NCBI GenBank assembly: GCA_965203295.1
Contig: CBDBCZ010000016.1
Location: 832,001-896,000, forward strand
Direction of reading: 5' to 3'
DNA length: 64,000 nt
Source of the DNA: Nitrospirales bacterium
GTDB lineage: Bacteria > Nitrospirota > Nitrospiria > Nitrospirales > UBA8639
Shown: positions 62,399 through 64,000 of the stretch, one piece after another
Position numbering within the stretch: position 1 is the first letter of the stretch
Layout of the letters: every line of letters starts with the position of its first letter
The notes under the pieces: generated by a model
The model's input: only the letters and a program-made list of their open reading frames with translations
Database searches by the model: none
Told to the model about the DNA's origin: nothing
Translations under genes and position numbers: made by a program

Positions 62399-62559
62399 GC
62401 GATACCAGCAGCTGTAGAATTGATATGATACCGATACTTTGGGCCACAGGTATCAATTCCACCAAAAAACACTTCCCCAAAAACCAATGAAACAAGCGAC
62501 AGTGCACACCACAATGCATGCACAGACTACCCACACATCACAGTGCAATGCATTTACCG

Positions 62560-63265
62560 CGTAGCTACCATTCCTACATCTTTCCAACCACACCCACCAC
62601 AACCATGTATACGTATATGTGAGATGTGAAGAGTGGTAGTGTAATTTGGTGTGTGTGTATTGCTAATGACTGAGCATGTGGTGGTTGTGGAAGGTAGCTG
62701 AAACTGTAGAATGTGGACTAGTGAGTCATTGAGGGTGGAGTCATAAATATGGTGTTTGTATAGGGACTTGGGGAGTGTTTGGTTATGCCTGGTGGAGTGT
62801 TATGAAGTTTGTGAGTGTGTTGTGAGATGCTTGTGTGTGCAGGTTCTTTGTAGGGGAGGTCAATGTGGGTGTGTTTGGTAAAGTGTAGAAACTTCGCTGA
62901 GCGAGTTGTATGGTGGTTGATGTGGGTTTGTGTTAGTTGTGTGTGTAGGTGGCAGTGTGGTGTTGTGAGGAATTGCTCTGCTCAATTGTGCTTGTGAATG
63001 GTGAATGGTGGAGCGAAGTGTATTTTGATGGGAGTAGTGTTCCTGAACTTCCTGTGAAGGTTTGGGTTGGTTGTAGTGTAGGGTGATAATTATGTTTTGT
63101 CAAGTCGAAAGTAAGGGTGCTTGTTGGATGGAGACGAGGTGTCATGGTTGATGATGATTGTGGATGGTTGTGTGTTAGAGGAAGTATTCAGCGTGCTGTT
63201 GAGTATGGGGGCGTGGTACAGATTGTGGTGGGTGTGGTTGGAAAGATGTAGGGATGGTAGCTACG
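62560..63265. mobile_element. Inverted-repeat segment (CCCTACATCTTT family) enclosing a GT-skewed core
   Basis: CGTAGCTACCATTCCTACATCTTTCCAACCACACCCACCACAA versus TTGTGGTGGGTGTGGTTGGAAAGATGTAGGGATGGTAGCTACG. Confidence 0.7.
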
Positions 63266-64000
63266 TGATGTAGGGTATCGTATCGCTATACCGCAATGTA
63301 GTATTGAATATCGATACTAACGAAAACGACACCAGTATCGTAGTTATCGATAAATTGGTATCGGATTGCCGTAAGATGGCTGGAACGGACCTATACGGGC
63401 AGCATCTTTCCGTTACTAGATAGAATCCTGTATGTAGTCTCGCCTTGCCGATAGCTAGATATTTAAACGACCGTAGCTCTGCAATGACCCAGGGGTTGAA
63501 CGGGGTTGGCCAGATATTCTAAGTCTACTTCGGGAGAGCTTTCGAAAGATGTCCATTCCTTGGGGATACACTTAAAGACTAACGAGAAAACTTTTTAGCA
63601 CAAATGCTTTGAAGTCACTGGGTGTAATAATATTCATGTTCATAATCATAATTGCATGGACTGTAAAACCCACAAGTGGTTTGAGCAAGTGCTGCTATAT
63701 AAGCTGGGACAGGCACACCACCACTGCACACATAGAATGGTATAATGTACTGGTGAATAGTACAATTTTTGGAGGCTTCTCAAGAAGCCATTGCAAAGAG
63801 CCACGCAGATACTATAATATTTACAAAAAGTGCAAAAAGCACTCATGTAGGGATGCACTCCCACCAAAAAAAAACACTTCCCCAAAAACCAAAACTTTTT
63901 AGCACACCATGCTGTTCCCTGTTTGATGGTGTTAGTGTGCCGTAATTACAATGATTTTCAGACAAGGAAACCCACTAGTGACTTGAGCTAGTGCTGCTAT

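Noticed and set aside
62600..63220. Coding remnant in the GT-skewed core
   Set aside because: Only low-complexity His/Thr/Pro translations; no convincing motif.

Overview
This is eukaryotic, intron-rich animal DNA. The short introns and repeat families suggest a demosponge, but that is an inference. About 45 kb of the + strand encodes a giant multi-exon RNF213/mysterin-like AAA+ ATPase. It has an atypical PA-like N-terminal module and a C-terminal SAM domain, no recognisable RING, and what looks like a degenerate RZ finger. Exons at 1-4530 are phase-compatible with it and are probably its 5' part. On the - strand there is a decayed RTE-like LINE (7.4-10.7 kb), a frameshifted RFX-like relic (45.5-46.4 kb) and an intronless 987-aa gene. 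That gene fuses a bacterial-type FAD aromatic monooxygenase to an animal-type RTN4IP1-like NAD(P)H oxidoreductase. Introns and intergenic DNA hold many MITEs and foldbacks, a P-like element plus two apparent P-type excision footprints, a candidate minimal hammerhead ribozyme, and a 20-bp minisatellite derived from a MITE terminus. All assignments are by eye, and exon boundaries are predictions.
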